Positions 48,449-57,900 are shown, counted from the stretch's first letter. The stretch is 64,000 nt of DNA from an uncultured Gammaproteobacteria bacterium (GCA_963705725.1 CAVPKM010000001.1:16618-80617); one strand, 5' to 3'. The notes: generated by a model not told the origin, from the letters alone. Translations and numbers: made by a program.

Positions 48449-48613
48449 GTAGAGATAGGTTTATCAATAAACCCCATAATTTTTATTAAAAAACATAGAA
48501 AATTTATGTTATTATGATATCTTTTGATCTTATTTCATAAATAATATATCCAGTTCGATGAAGTCAAAGAAAAACCTGAAATTCAGCTCCCACTTCCATG
48601 GAGAACACTGCAG

Positions 48614-48913
48614 GTGATCTATGTATGGGAAGAGCTCGAATCTGATAGCGATGATGAGCTAGACGTATCCGATGCAAAAGTTAAAGAAGCAACGGATGAA
48701 TCTTCAATTGCTAAAATAATAAACGACGTTTGCTCAATTTCTCTGCCAGCCAAAACTAAAATTTCTGAAATCGAAAAAGAAATCTCAAAAATATCTGCCT
48801 ATCACAATTTTGATTTACACTTTAATCATCGTAGATTGGATTATGCCCTGGGTTTATGTGACCTAACTGAGATAAATTCTTTAGAGATTGTTGATGGGTA
48901 CTTGTACAAATAG
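48614..48913 (+). CDS. Hypothetical acidic protein; start uncertain, possibly a fragment
   Basis: Frame is open from 48545 without an ATG; acidic run EELESDSDDELD. Confidence 0.4.
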   Translation: MIYVWEELESDSDDELDVSDAKVKEATDESSIAKIINDVCSISLPAKTKISEIEKEISKISAYHNFDLHFNHRRLDYALGLCDLTEINSLEIVDGYLYK

Positions 48914-48957
48914 TTAAGTTGTATAAATATTCATTTAAAAATAAATAAAGGTGTGGA

Positions 48958-49650
48958 ATGAAAATTAATGCTAATGAATTAATCAAACAATGTGATGAGC
49001 TCATTGATATGTTTCGAGGAATCAAGCCTCACGATTCCATCTTCGAGATTTTTGCCATTGCTGAGAAATTTCAAAATTTATTAATTCCAATTATTCCTTT
49101 GGGTCTTCCAATACCTTATGAAGCATATGATGCATTTTCAACTGTCTTGCTCTATGCGCATATGGATCTCCATGACAGTTATGCAAAAGCAGTTTGGTTT
49201 GTTTCAGATTACTTGCGTTATAAAATGGAGCTAGATGAGAAAATAAAAGAAATAATTAGCAATCCAACAAATGAAATAAAATCAACATACATAGAAGCTA
49301 TTGAAGAAAGTAAATTTTACGTTTCTCCTTCCCGTATTAAAGACCTTGGTGAAATTCAAGAAAAAGTCATTGACCCAATTTGGAACTTAAAGTTTCAATT
49401 AAAATACCCCTCATTGAGTTTGCTTAAAACTGATGGACAACCGTTAGGGTGGGAGGATGTACCAGTAGAAGTTCATGCGAATTTATTTGATTTTCTACCT
49501 AAAAAAACAAACTTTTCTCGAGTTGATAAACAACATTACCAGTTTTACTCAAATAAAATAGTGCCTAGACAAGCTATTGTTGTAGCGCCCGATGAAGAAA
49601 AATGTCAGCACAATAAAAACCTGTTTGACGACAAGTGTTCGGTTATGTAA
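48958..49650 (+). CDS. Hypothetical protein with C-terminal F-box-like motif (candidate effector)
   Basis: 230-codon ORF containing WEDVPVEVHANLFDFLPKKTNFSRVDKQHY. Confidence 0.6.
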   Translation: MKINANELIKQCDELIDMFRGIKPHDSIFEIFAIAEKFQNLLIPIIPLGLPIPYEAYDAFSTVLLYAHMDLHDSYAKAVWFVSDYLRYKMELDEKIKEIISNPTNEIKSTYIEAIEESKFYVSPSRIKDLGEIQEKVIDPIWNLKFQLKYPSLSLLKTDGQPLGWEDVPVEVHANLFDFLPKKTNFSRVDKQHYQFYSNKIVPRQAIVVAPDEEKCQHNKNLFDDKCSVM

Positions 49651-49734
49651 AACCTCTGTCCGGAGTTCGAACAAGAAAAAAATTGCAGATCACTCTCCCT
49701 AGATTCAACTCTTCCGTGCCACTCATTTTGATAC

Positions 49735-49956
49735 TTATTCATTAATAACAATTTCATCAGCTGGAATCCAAACCACTTTATTATCGCGCCATTCGCAAAC
49801 TGGATTACCTGCTTGCTTATGCTTTAATAACGCATCCTGTATACCCGATTGGATTATTTTTCTCACTTTATCTGGATCATTAAGGATTTTTGATATGTGA
49901 TCATCGATCAAATTTTTATCTTTTTCCATTGGAAATCTCCTCATTGATATAGTCAA
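49735..49956 (-). CDS. Small conserved hypothetical protein
   Basis: ALLKHKQAGNPVCEWRDNKVVWIPADEI. Likely start is the MEKDK ATG downstream of GAGGAG. Confidence 0.7.
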   Translation of the reverse strand: MTISMRRFPMEKDKNLIDDHISKILNDPDKVRKIIQSGIQDALLKHKQAGNPVCEWRDNKVVWIPADEIVINE

Positions 49957-50142
49957 TTATTTGCACCTCTTTATATTTAGTTATAGATCTGAACCTCGGA
50001 TTTTTTGTTCAATAAATGTAAAAAAATTTATTGAGCCTGCGCCAGATACAAGGTTATTCTAGAGCAATTATCTTCTAGTGGCGCTCGTTCCTCAGCGCCT
50101 AGTCGAAAATCTAATTGCGCTGAGTATATATTCTATCTGTAT

Positions 50143-51558
50143 TTATGATAATTTTTTTTCATCCACGATTGCCTTTGCTTTTCGCCAAAGGTCTAGCATA
50201 AATTCAAAGCTTTGGTCTTGCAGGTTTGGTAGTCCTAATTCATGCGTCAATTTTTTTATGGCTCGCATTCTTTTTCCAAACTTTTCATTAATTTTATGCA
50301 GCGTATCTTCTACATCAAATCCGGCGAATTCACATAAAGACACAACGGCATGCAAAAGATCACCAATTTCTTCTTGTATACGCTCACTCTTTTCATTTTT
50401 TTCAATGGCTTCTTTAATTTCATTGCATTCATCCATCACTTGTCCAATGATCATTGCCTCAGTTGGCCAGTCAAAACCAAATTGTTTTGCGTCTTTCTCA
50501 AGCGCTAGAAGATCATACAAGCCACTATCAAGCGGTTTTACCATATAAACCATCTTCCACTCATATCCTTCTGGTTTTAAGTTAATGACTGGTTTAAATC
50601 CCGAAGATTGATAAAATTGATAGGTTTTAAAATAATTTTCATCTGATTCTTCTGGTGAAAGTGTTTCTACTGTCATGGTAGTAGCATTGATTTTTCTCGA
50701 AAGGTGACCAGCTTTTTCTATTAACTGACGACCTACGCCTTTAGCTTGATGCGCTCGTAATACTCCCATCCAATAAATATTGCTATTATTCGCATAGGGA
50801 AAATTTAATGAGAGCAATCCAACATAATGACCATTTATTTTTGCAGCTAAATTTTTACAATTTCGCACACCTTTAAAATATTGTTCATTTGCAGAGAGTA
50901 TTCCAAAATATTCAGGTAAATCCTGTGTAATACTGCGGCATAACGTTTCTGCTTGATCTGGATTTATTTTTTCTATTTCAATTTTTTCTGATTTTTTTGA
51001 CTGAATATTTGCAGAATATAAATTTGCTTTGGGATCAAAGCTTAGGATATATCGTTTTGACTGACTTTTATCGTAATCAATTTCTTTAGTGACTTCATGA
51101 TAATGACCATGTGTAAAATGAGTGATGACTTTACGCCAAAAATGTAATGCTCGTTTATTCTCCGGAATAACGGATACCTCCCATTTTCCTGGATGAGTTT
51201 TCCAAATTTGATTGGCAACTTCCTGTGCAACTCCTCTACTCTGGAATTTAGCAATAATAAAAAACTCACCCATGTTCCATTCTGTATCAGGCAACGAACC
51301 AATTTTATTTAACAAAACAAACCCAGCTAACTCATCTTCAGTTTTCACTAAAAAAGCTTCTCTTGTTTCATCTATGAAATAATCTTTAAAATCATAGCTT
51401 TCATAAAGACCGTCTTTGGGAAGTGACCAGTCCCCAGAAATAAATCCACAATCACGCGACATATCGTACACATAAAAACGCGCCATGTTTTGAATAATAG
51501 GATAATCAGCAAGTGTTGCTCTGACCAGGTGTACTGTTGAAGAGAATTGTTTCGTCAT
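50143..51558 (-). CDS. GNAT-GNAT-MazG fusion protein
   Basis: GNAT 1: EFFI-x-x-KFQSRGVA..N-x-x-ALHFW. GNAT 2: MGV-x-x-x-HQAKGVGR..FY-x-x-x-GF. MazG: GFDWP, EEIGDLL, NEKF-x-x-R, LW-x-x-AK. Start moved to ATG 51558. Confidence 0.85.
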   Translation of the reverse strand: MTKQFSSTVHLVRATLADYPIIQNMARFYVYDMSRDCGFISGDWSLPKDGLYESYDFKDYFIDETREAFLVKTEDELAGFVLLNKIGSLPDTEWNMGEFFIIAKFQSRGVAQEVANQIWKTHPGKWEVSVIPENKRALHFWRKVITHFTHGHYHEVTKEIDYDKSQSKRYILSFDPKANLYSANIQSKKSEKIEIEKINPDQAETLCRSITQDLPEYFGILSANEQYFKGVRNCKNLAAKINGHYVGLLSLNFPYANNSNIYWMGVLRAHQAKGVGRQLIEKAGHLSRKINATTMTVETLSPEESDENYFKTYQFYQSSGFKPVINLKPEGYEWKMVYMVKPLDSGLYDLLALEKDAKQFGFDWPTEAMIIGQVMDECNEIKEAIEKNEKSERIQEEIGDLLHAVVSLCEFAGFDVEDTLHKINEKFGKRMRAIKKLTHELGLPNLQDQSFEFMLDLWRKAKAIVDEKKLS

Positions 51559-51656
51559 TTTAAATATTACTCGATAGAAGTCAGTTTTTCTCAAATATAG
51601 CATCAAGTCATCACAACATAGTAACTACTCACCCACCTAATTAATTATTTTTTATT

Positions 51657-51725
51657 GTAACTACTTGCGTCAGGAAGGAAACGTCCATATTTTTCCATCT
51701 TCGAACAAAACATTTAATTAAAAGT
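51657..51725 (+). repeat. Left-half copy of the palindromic element
   Basis: GTAACTAC..GAAACGTCCATATTTTTCCATCTTCGAACAAAA matches the start of copies A and B. A second GTAACTACTCA terminus lies at 51621. Confidence 0.7.
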
Positions 51726-51770
51726 CTTTTCGATGATTAATTTATTTAGATGAAACTCCAAACTGAAGTT

Positions 51771-52448
51771 TTAATTAGACTCTAAAATATCTCTTTGATC
51801 TTTATCAATTTCAGAACCAACTGGTCCGGCTTCTTTCCCGTGTTGATTAAAAACCCAATACCAATCATAGCTACCACCGCCCAGAAAATAACGATGCTGA
51901 TTAACAATCAAATAACCTTTATACCTCCTTTTGATATGACTTCTAACTGATTACCAGGTACTATATATCGAATGCCACTTCCATCTGCATTAACTGCATG
52001 AACTGCACCTGATGTTGCCCACGCAGAAGTAATAAAATAAAGTGTTTTACTATCTGGTGAAAATTGCAAATAGCTTGGATTGACTATTTGTTTTTTAGGA
52101 TGACTATAATCAAAATTATTTGCGACAATACGGCGCGATTTTTTGCTTTCAAAATCATAAATCCATATTTCATTTCCATATTTTCCATGGTTCCCAGCAA
52201 AAGCTAAACATTCATTTGGAATGATTCGATGACTTTTTCTAGTAAATGCTAGCACGCGTTTATTCGGAGATAAAATTGGGTTGGAGTCTATATTTTTAGC
52301 TGTCAATCTTAGTGTTTTTTTTGAGCTAATCTTACAATAAATATCTCCTTCTTTAGCAAAAACAAATATGGGCGTGATATCTGCTATCGCTTCTTGCATA
52401 AAGAAGTAAATATCGAAAAAATAAAATAAAAAAAACGAATAATCGCAT
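51771..52448 (-). CDS. Exported TolB/PD40-like beta-propeller fragment protein, frameshifted at both ends
   Basis: AGGAG RBS and hydrophobic leader MRLFVFFIFIF at 52448. Core ORF has P-x-LSPN-x-x-x-LAF and LQFSPDSKTLYF. C-terminus HRYFLGGGSYDWYW..ILESN-stop lies in another frame. Confidence 0.6.
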
Positions 52449-52922
52449 TTTTACTCCTTATAATTTTTATCCCTACCCCCTGATTCGCAGGTACTCATCT
52501 CGAGGCAGCCCCTTGAATATTTTTTCCTTTAATAAGAAACCCATTCTAGGTCAGTTGCCTCTTTTTTAATACCTTTCTTAATTATTATCCACATTGCACG
52601 ACAGCGACTATATACCCTTCATGAATAGATTTTAGGTTAGGTTCAGGGTGTTTGACTCTGAGGGAGTATACGGAAATACTTATGAATTCTTTCAAACAGC
52701 TAGTATTTTTTTCATCCTAATCCTGTTGCGGATTTTCGGAAAGTTGGCTGTCTGGAATGGGCACGCAACCCATAATGCCTGGCAGATTATTAGGGGCTTG
52801 GCTTTCTAGCCTCCGGGCTTGCCATGTTTTGCATGCTAGTAATGAGATTAATTGCGGCATATATCGATCATTGTTAGACCCTGAGCCGAGTTGACCATGA
52901 GTATTATATCCAAAGCCATAAA

Positions 52923-53732
52923 TTAATCATTACTTCCTAATAGCAGGATTTTTAAATAGCGATAATAACACCCTTCTGCATTTGAAAAAGCTAACAAAAA
53001 ACCCATTTTGCCGTCTAAAAATCCGAATTTAAGAATATAGCCTCGAAAAAAAGTCCAGAGACCATGGGTAATGGCTTTAAAAAAAGTGCCTTTTTTCCCT
53101 AGGTGGTATTGGTGTAGTGCGCTTAGCGTTGAATAAGTATTGATTTTATTCAGTACGGCTTCGAGACTTTCAAAGGGGTGGTGGAGTAGCGGGTGTTGTA
53201 AAGTTTGAGTTTTGCCTTGCACAATTAATTTTTCGTGGATGGGCACCTCCTTAAATCTGGCCGTGCCGTTTCTGAAAAGACGCAAGCAGTAATCGCCGCG
53301 CCAATCACCATAGGAAATTAAACGGCCACAATAAGTTGACTTTCGCAACAGCGTAAAAGCATTGACAGGAGGATTTTGCTTGAGTACTGCTTGTATCTCG
53401 AGTTGGAGTTGGGGGGGTAATTGTTCATCCGCGTCAAGTGATAATACCCAGTCAGATTGACATAAATCCAGCGCACGATTTTTTTGTATTCCAAAACCCG
53501 GCCAGTCGACGTGATGAACCTGTTTAGTATACTGAAGCGCAATCGCAACGGTTTCGTCTGTGCTCCCAGAATCAAGTATTATAATTTCATTCGCGAATTT
53601 AACAGACTCTAGGCATCTAGCAATCTTTTGAGCTTCATTCTTGGTTATGATGATGACGCTTAATGAAGGCATGGGTTTTGTTAAACTCACTTTTTGGTGT
53701 ATCTTATCACGAAGGGTATAGTCTTTTATCAA
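52923..53732 (-). CDS. GT2 beta-1,4-glucosyltransferase of LPS core (WaaE/KdtX/LgtF-like)
   Basis: LSVIIITKNE, DSGSTD, WPGFG-x-QKN, LDADE and GFLDG motifs. Confidence 0.88.
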   Translation of the reverse strand: MIKDYTLRDKIHQKVSLTKPMPSLSVIIITKNEAQKIARCLESVKFANEIIILDSGSTDETVAIALQYTKQVHHVDWPGFGIQKNRALDLCQSDWVLSLDADEQLPPQLQLEIQAVLKQNPPVNAFTLLRKSTYCGRLISYGDWRGDYCLRLFRNGTARFKEVPIHEKLIVQGKTQTLQHPLLHHPFESLEAVLNKINTYSTLSALHQYHLGKKGTFFKAITHGLWTFFRGYILKFGFLDGKMGFLLAFSNAEGCYYRYLKILLLGSND

Positions 53733-53751
53733 AAATAATAATTTTTTTAAA

Positions 53752-55191
53752 GTGTGTAGTGCAGAAATGATGATTAAACTTCCTAAGTATGAAGAAGTAA
53801 GCGTTCTGGTTGTAGGCGATTTAATGTTGGATCGCTATTGGGAAGGTCCCACGGAAAGAATTTCCCCAGAAGCTCCCGTTCCTGTTGTTCATGTGAAAAC
53901 GATTGAAGAAAGGCCAGGCGGAGCGGCCAATGTAGCGCGCAACCTTAGAAATCTTGGCTGTCAGGTGACCCTTATTGGTATTGTTGGTAAGGACGAGGCA
54001 GGGCAAGTTTTGATCGATTGCCTTGAAAAAGAAGGCATCCATTGTCGTTTACTCAAGGTGGAGGATCTGCCAACTATTACCAAGCTTCGAGTCCTGGGGA
54101 AAAACCAGCAGTTGATTCGATTAGATTTTGAAGAGAGCTTCCACGCACTTTCTAAGGCAGAGCTATTAACTGATTTTAACGCTGCCTTGCCATTGGCAGA
54201 TATCGTGATTTTTTCTGATTATAATAAGGGTGCATTATCTTCCATTCGCGAAATGATTGCATTTGCTCGTAATGCTAATATCCCTACCTTTGTTGACCCG
54301 AAGCAAAAAGATTTCAGCTGTTACCGCGGGGCAACCATCATCACCCCTAATTTAAAAGAATTTCAGGAAGTGGTAGGAAGTTTTTCGGATGAAAAAGATC
54401 TCGTCAATAAGGCTCAGCTGTTGATTCATGAACACCAATTACAGGCTTTACTTGTTACCCGGGGAGATGAGGGCATGTCCTTAGTACTTCCTGATGGCAG
54501 TTCAGTAAACTTAAAGGCTCATGCCAGTGAGGTTTATGACGTGAGCGGAGCGGGCGATACCGTTATTTCCGTTCTTGCAGCTAGCTTTGCTGCAGGTCAG
54601 GATTTTGAGATAGCGAGCAAAATTGCAAATATTGCAGCAGGAATTGTGGTGAAAAAATCAGGGGTGGCTACCGTTTCGGTTCCTGAGCTCAGGAGAGCTA
54701 TTCAGCGTCAATGCAGTTCCTATTCCGGGATTTTTGAAGAAAACGAGCTGCTGCTTGCTGTAGAAGATGCGAAAGCTCATCACGAACGCGTTGTCATGAC
54801 TAATGGTTGCTTTGACCTGCTTCATGCCGGCCATATTGCTTACCTCGAACAGGCCAAGCAGCTAGGTGATCGTTTAATTGTAGCAGTGAATGACGATGCC
54901 TCTGTCAAAAGATTAAAAAATGAAGCAAGGCCTATTAATAAATTAGAAGACCGTATGGCGGTGCTTTCTGCTTTGCGCTGTGTAGATTGGGTCGTCTCCT
55001 TTACTGAAGACACGCCAAGGCGAATTATTAGTCGCATCAATCCCGATGTATTAGTGAAGGGTGCGGATTATGAAATTTCCCAAATAGCAGGGAGTGAAGA
55101 AGTATTAAAAAATGGAGGGCAGGTCCTGACCTTACCCTTTGTTCCGGGTTATTCCACAACCCGTACCCTTACACGAATAAAGGAAGAATAA
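53752..55191 (+). CDS. hldE: Bifunctional heptose-7-phosphate kinase/heptose-1-phosphate adenylyltransferase
   Basis: RISPEAPVPVV, DVSGAGDTV, TNGCFDLLHAGH and LVKGADY motifs. Likely start is ATG 53767 or 53770. Confidence 0.96.
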   Translation: MCSAEMMIKLPKYEEVSVLVVGDLMLDRYWEGPTERISPEAPVPVVHVKTIEERPGGAANVARNLRNLGCQVTLIGIVGKDEAGQVLIDCLEKEGIHCRLLKVEDLPTITKLRVLGKNQQLIRLDFEESFHALSKAELLTDFNAALPLADIVIFSDYNKGALSSIREMIAFARNANIPTFVDPKQKDFSCYRGATIITPNLKEFQEVVGSFSDEKDLVNKAQLLIHEHQLQALLVTRGDEGMSLVLPDGSSVNLKAHASEVYDVSGAGDTVISVLAASFAAGQDFEIASKIANIAAGIVVKKSGVATVSVPELRRAIQRQCSSYSGIFEENELLLAVEDAKAHHERVVMTNGCFDLLHAGHIAYLEQAKQLGDRLIVAVNDDASVKRLKNEARPINKLEDRMAVLSALRCVDWVVSFTEDTPRRIISRINPDVLVKGADYEISQIAGSEEVLKNGGQVLTLPFVPGYSTTRTLTRIKEE

Positions 55192-55192
55192 T

Positions 55193-56146
55193 ATGTTAGT
55201 TGTCACCGGTGGCGCAGGGTTTATTGGTAGTAACCTAGTTAAAGGTTTAAATGCAGAAGGTTATGATAATGTATTAGTGGTAGATGATCTGACGAATGGC
55301 AGAAAATTTAAAAATCTTGTCGATTGTCAAATTATCGATTATGTAGATAAGGCAGATTTTTTACAAAAGATAAAAGATCTCAATTTTTTAAAAAATATTA
55401 AAGCGATTTTTCATCAAGGTGCTTGTTCTGCGACAACTGAATGGAATGGCCGTTATTTGATGGAAAATAACTATGAATATTCAAAAAATCTGTTGCATGT
55501 AGCGATAGCAGCCAAAATTCCTTTTATTTATGCTTCGAGTGCAGCCGTCTATGGCTTGACTACAACATTTAAAGAAATTCCCGAGTTTGAGTCTCCATTA
55601 AATGCTTATGGATATTCGAAATTACAATTCGATCGTTATGTCAGAAAGCTATTACCTCAATCTTCGAGCCAAATTGTTGGGTTGAGATATTTCAATGTTT
55701 TCGGCCCAGGTGAACAACATAAAGAAGCAATGGCGAGTGTTATTTTTCATTTTTATAATCAATTGGTTGCATGTGGGTCAATGAAATTATTTGGTAGCCA
55801 AGAAGGCTATGAGGCAGGCGAGCAGCGTCGTGATTTCATCTATATAAAAGATATAGTAGATGTCAATGTTTGGCTTCATTCTCATCCGCAAGTTAGCGGT
55901 ATTTTCAATGTAGGAACGGGGAATTCTCGTTCTTTTAATGACGTGGCTCGAGCGGTGATAAAGCACCATGGCCGTGGTGAAATTGAATATATCCCCTTTC
56001 CTCTGCATTTAAAGGGTCATTATCAAAGTTATACAGAAGCCGATATCTCCCTTTTGAGAGATCAGGGATATGAAAAAGCGTTTACGACGTTAGAAGAAGG
56101 GGTCAGTCAATATCTCTGCAATTGGCCGAATCTGGCTAAAATCTGA
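55193..56146 (+). CDS. hldD: ADP-L-glycero-D-manno-heptose 6-epimerase
   Basis: VTGGAGFIGSN, HQGACSATTE, YASSAAVYG, YGYSK and LRYFNVFGP motifs. Confidence 0.96.
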   Translation: MLVVTGGAGFIGSNLVKGLNAEGYDNVLVVDDLTNGRKFKNLVDCQIIDYVDKADFLQKIKDLNFLKNIKAIFHQGACSATTEWNGRYLMENNYEYSKNLLHVAIAAKIPFIYASSAAVYGLTTTFKEIPEFESPLNAYGYSKLQFDRYVRKLLPQSSSQIVGLRYFNVFGPGEQHKEAMASVIFHFYNQLVACGSMKLFGSQEGYEAGEQRRDFIYIKDIVDVNVWLHSHPQVSGIFNVGTGNSRSFNDVARAVIKHHGRGEIEYIPFPLHLKGHYQSYTEADISLLRDQGYEKAFTTLEEGVSQYLCNWPNLAKI

Positions 56147-56183
56147 ACGTTTAGCGACTTCTAGCATTTGCCCTGAAAGTTAC
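56126..56183 (+). repeat. Right-half copy of the palindromic element, overlapping the hldD stop codon
   Basis: 56126-56170 matches 34662-34706 at 44/45; ends CTGAAAGTTAC. Confidence 0.85.
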
Positions 56184-56197
56184 CAATCTTTTTATTA

Positions 56198-57451
56198 TTA
56201 CTGTGGATTTATATTTGCTTGCTGCTTAGCCGTTTGTTTAGCTTGTTGTTTAATGCTTTGCTCAGCGCTTTTTAGCTGCGCTCCTTTTGCTTGTTGGCGA
56301 TTATTTTGAACTGCTGCATTTTGAGTGGTTGGGCTGGTCGTGCCTTTTTGAGCATTTCCCTTAACTTCATTATCGATGAGTTGTTGAATATTTTTTTCGG
56401 TTAGCTGTAAGGTTTGTTTAGACGTTTGGAAATTTGCAACTTGGTTTATTGCAAGTAATGCAATCATGCGTTCATTGTCTTGGTGCAAACGATACAGCAG
56501 CGCTTCAATTTCCGCCAACACAAACAATTGTTCACGTTGAACATTAGCAGGAGAAGCCACGCCCATTTGAGTAAACCATTGTGGTGCCAACGCTTGATTA
56601 GCGGTTCGCCAGGTGGCGGTAAATGCTTGAATTTGTTCAGCGCTAGGGTGTTTGTTTGCATTTTGATTATTTACATTCGTGGTGGTGTTGGGTTGTAGCG
56701 TACCCAAGGCAACATCTCCTGGATTTAAACTTTGAATAGGCAGGCGTCTTGCATATATTGCATATAAATTGGTTAACATCGCCGATTGCTGGGCGACAAG
56801 TTGTCTTCGTTGAACTAAGAAAGCCTGGTAAGCGCCTGAAGTTTGAATGGTAATTTTTTGGGCAGTACTTAATTGAGATTCGGGATAACTGCCTAAATTA
56901 ATACTGGATAATGGCGTGCCGTAACCAGATACAAAGCGAATGTAATTGAGCGCATTGTTTTGCTGCTCAGGAGTTTCATAAAGATTTGGCACAATAAGAG
57001 ATTGAAAATTAAAATTTTCGTTACCCTGTAGCAATTTATTTTTCGAATTCTTTTCGGCATCTTGTGAGTAAAAAGGAACAGGTACCCCGCCCATGGTTAA
57101 ACCAGGAACGATAGTATCTGAGGCAGTAATCGCTGCTAATTGAATTGTGGTAGCATTCGGTGTGCTAGTATCTGGCGTTAGGCCGAGCACAATATCTTTA
57201 TCATTTAAGGATTTGATGTTAGGTGGCACTGTGTTTAATGCTGAAGTTTGAGCATAATTTGTGACGATTTCAGTGCCGATATTGGGTGGAGCTTGGAAAA
57301 TATAATTCGCAGCAGTCCACACTAACGCGTTGATGCTATAAATAATTTTATTAAGAGCGCTGCCCGCATCTGAGCCTTGCGCCTGTGCTGATTGATAAAA
57401 CAAGAAGAGGCAGCCAAATGCAAAAGTAAGCCAATTTTTTTGTGTTTTCAT
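56198..57451 (-). CDS. icmX: Dot/Icm periplasmic protein IcmX
   Basis: Signal peptide; A-x-NYIRF, L-x-x-IYARR, TWR and ASPA-x-VQRE..LAEI..LY..DNER motifs; downstream of icmW. Confidence 0.82.
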   Translation of the reverse strand: MKTQKNWLTFAFGCLFLFYQSAQAQGSDAGSALNKIIYSINALVWTAANYIFQAPPNIGTEIVTNYAQTSALNTVPPNIKSLNDKDIVLGLTPDTSTPNATTIQLAAITASDTIVPGLTMGGVPVPFYSQDAEKNSKNKLLQGNENFNFQSLIVPNLYETPEQQNNALNYIRFVSGYGTPLSSINLGSYPESQLSTAQKITIQTSGAYQAFLVQRRQLVAQQSAMLTNLYAIYARRLPIQSLNPGDVALGTLQPNTTTNVNNQNANKHPSAEQIQAFTATWRTANQALAPQWFTQMGVASPANVQREQLFVLAEIEALLYRLHQDNERMIALLAINQVANFQTSKQTLQLTEKNIQQLIDNEVKGNAQKGTTSPTTQNAAVQNNRQQAKGAQLKSAEQSIKQQAKQTAKQQANINPQ

Positions 57452-57471
57452 AGCGCGTTCCTGTCAATCCA

Positions 57472-57900
57472 TTAGTAGTACTTGATTCCAGTTGTTGCAG
57501 GGGCCGGCGTCGTAGCGGTTGGTGCAGGAGCCGGAGCGGGTTGTGGGCGTGTGATGGTGGAGGGTTGTATGGGTGCAACAGTAGGCGTAATGTTGGCAGC
57601 AGGGCGCGTTGCATTCGTGCCGCCTCCGCTGGTGTATTCTTGTTGTTTTCGCACGGCAGCTAAGTAAGTATTCGTGTAGAGCTGAGTGATTTGATCCGTG
57701 GTAGTTTGCAATTGAGGTGCCTTAATGGGGGATTGCGCGACAATCGCCTCTTGGATGCAAGTAGCCTTTGCTCCTGCTTGGTTATTTGAGGGACCGGTTA
57801 AACAGCGGTTAACTGAAGTGAGGAGGTCTTTGCTATTTTGTGCAAATGAAGAGGTGCTAAGAAGCAATAAAATTATTAATACCCATTTAGCCATTTTCAT
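57472..57900 (-). CDS. Exported protein with Pro/Thr/Ala-rich tail between icmW and icmX
   Basis: Signal peptide ending SFA-Q, one Cys pair and a low-complexity C-terminus; overlaps the icmW 3' end. Confidence 0.75.
   Translation of the reverse strand: MKMAKWVLIILLLLSTSSFAQNSKDLLTSVNRCLTGPSNNQAGAKATCIQEAIVAQSPIKAPQLQTTTDQITQLYTNTYLAAVRKQQEYTSGGGTNATRPAANITPTVAPIQPSTITRPQPAPAPAPTATTPAPATTGIKYY

Noticed and set aside
50078-50548. 156-aa plus-strand ORF and other antisense ORFs (for example 8398-8769, 44050-44436, 62355-62693)
   Set aside because: They are shadows of well-supported genes on the opposite strand and have no motifs of their own.
51668-51685. SRP RNA domain IV (TCAGG..GGAAGGAA-like word)
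   Set aside because: It lacks the AGCAG partner strand and the long hairpin, and is explained as part of the palindromic repeat.
52635-52896. 6S RNA
   Set aside because: The words CCCTGAGCCG and GGTTCAGGG resemble 6S RNA but occur in the reverse order, the span is too long, and no ygfA gene is adjacent.
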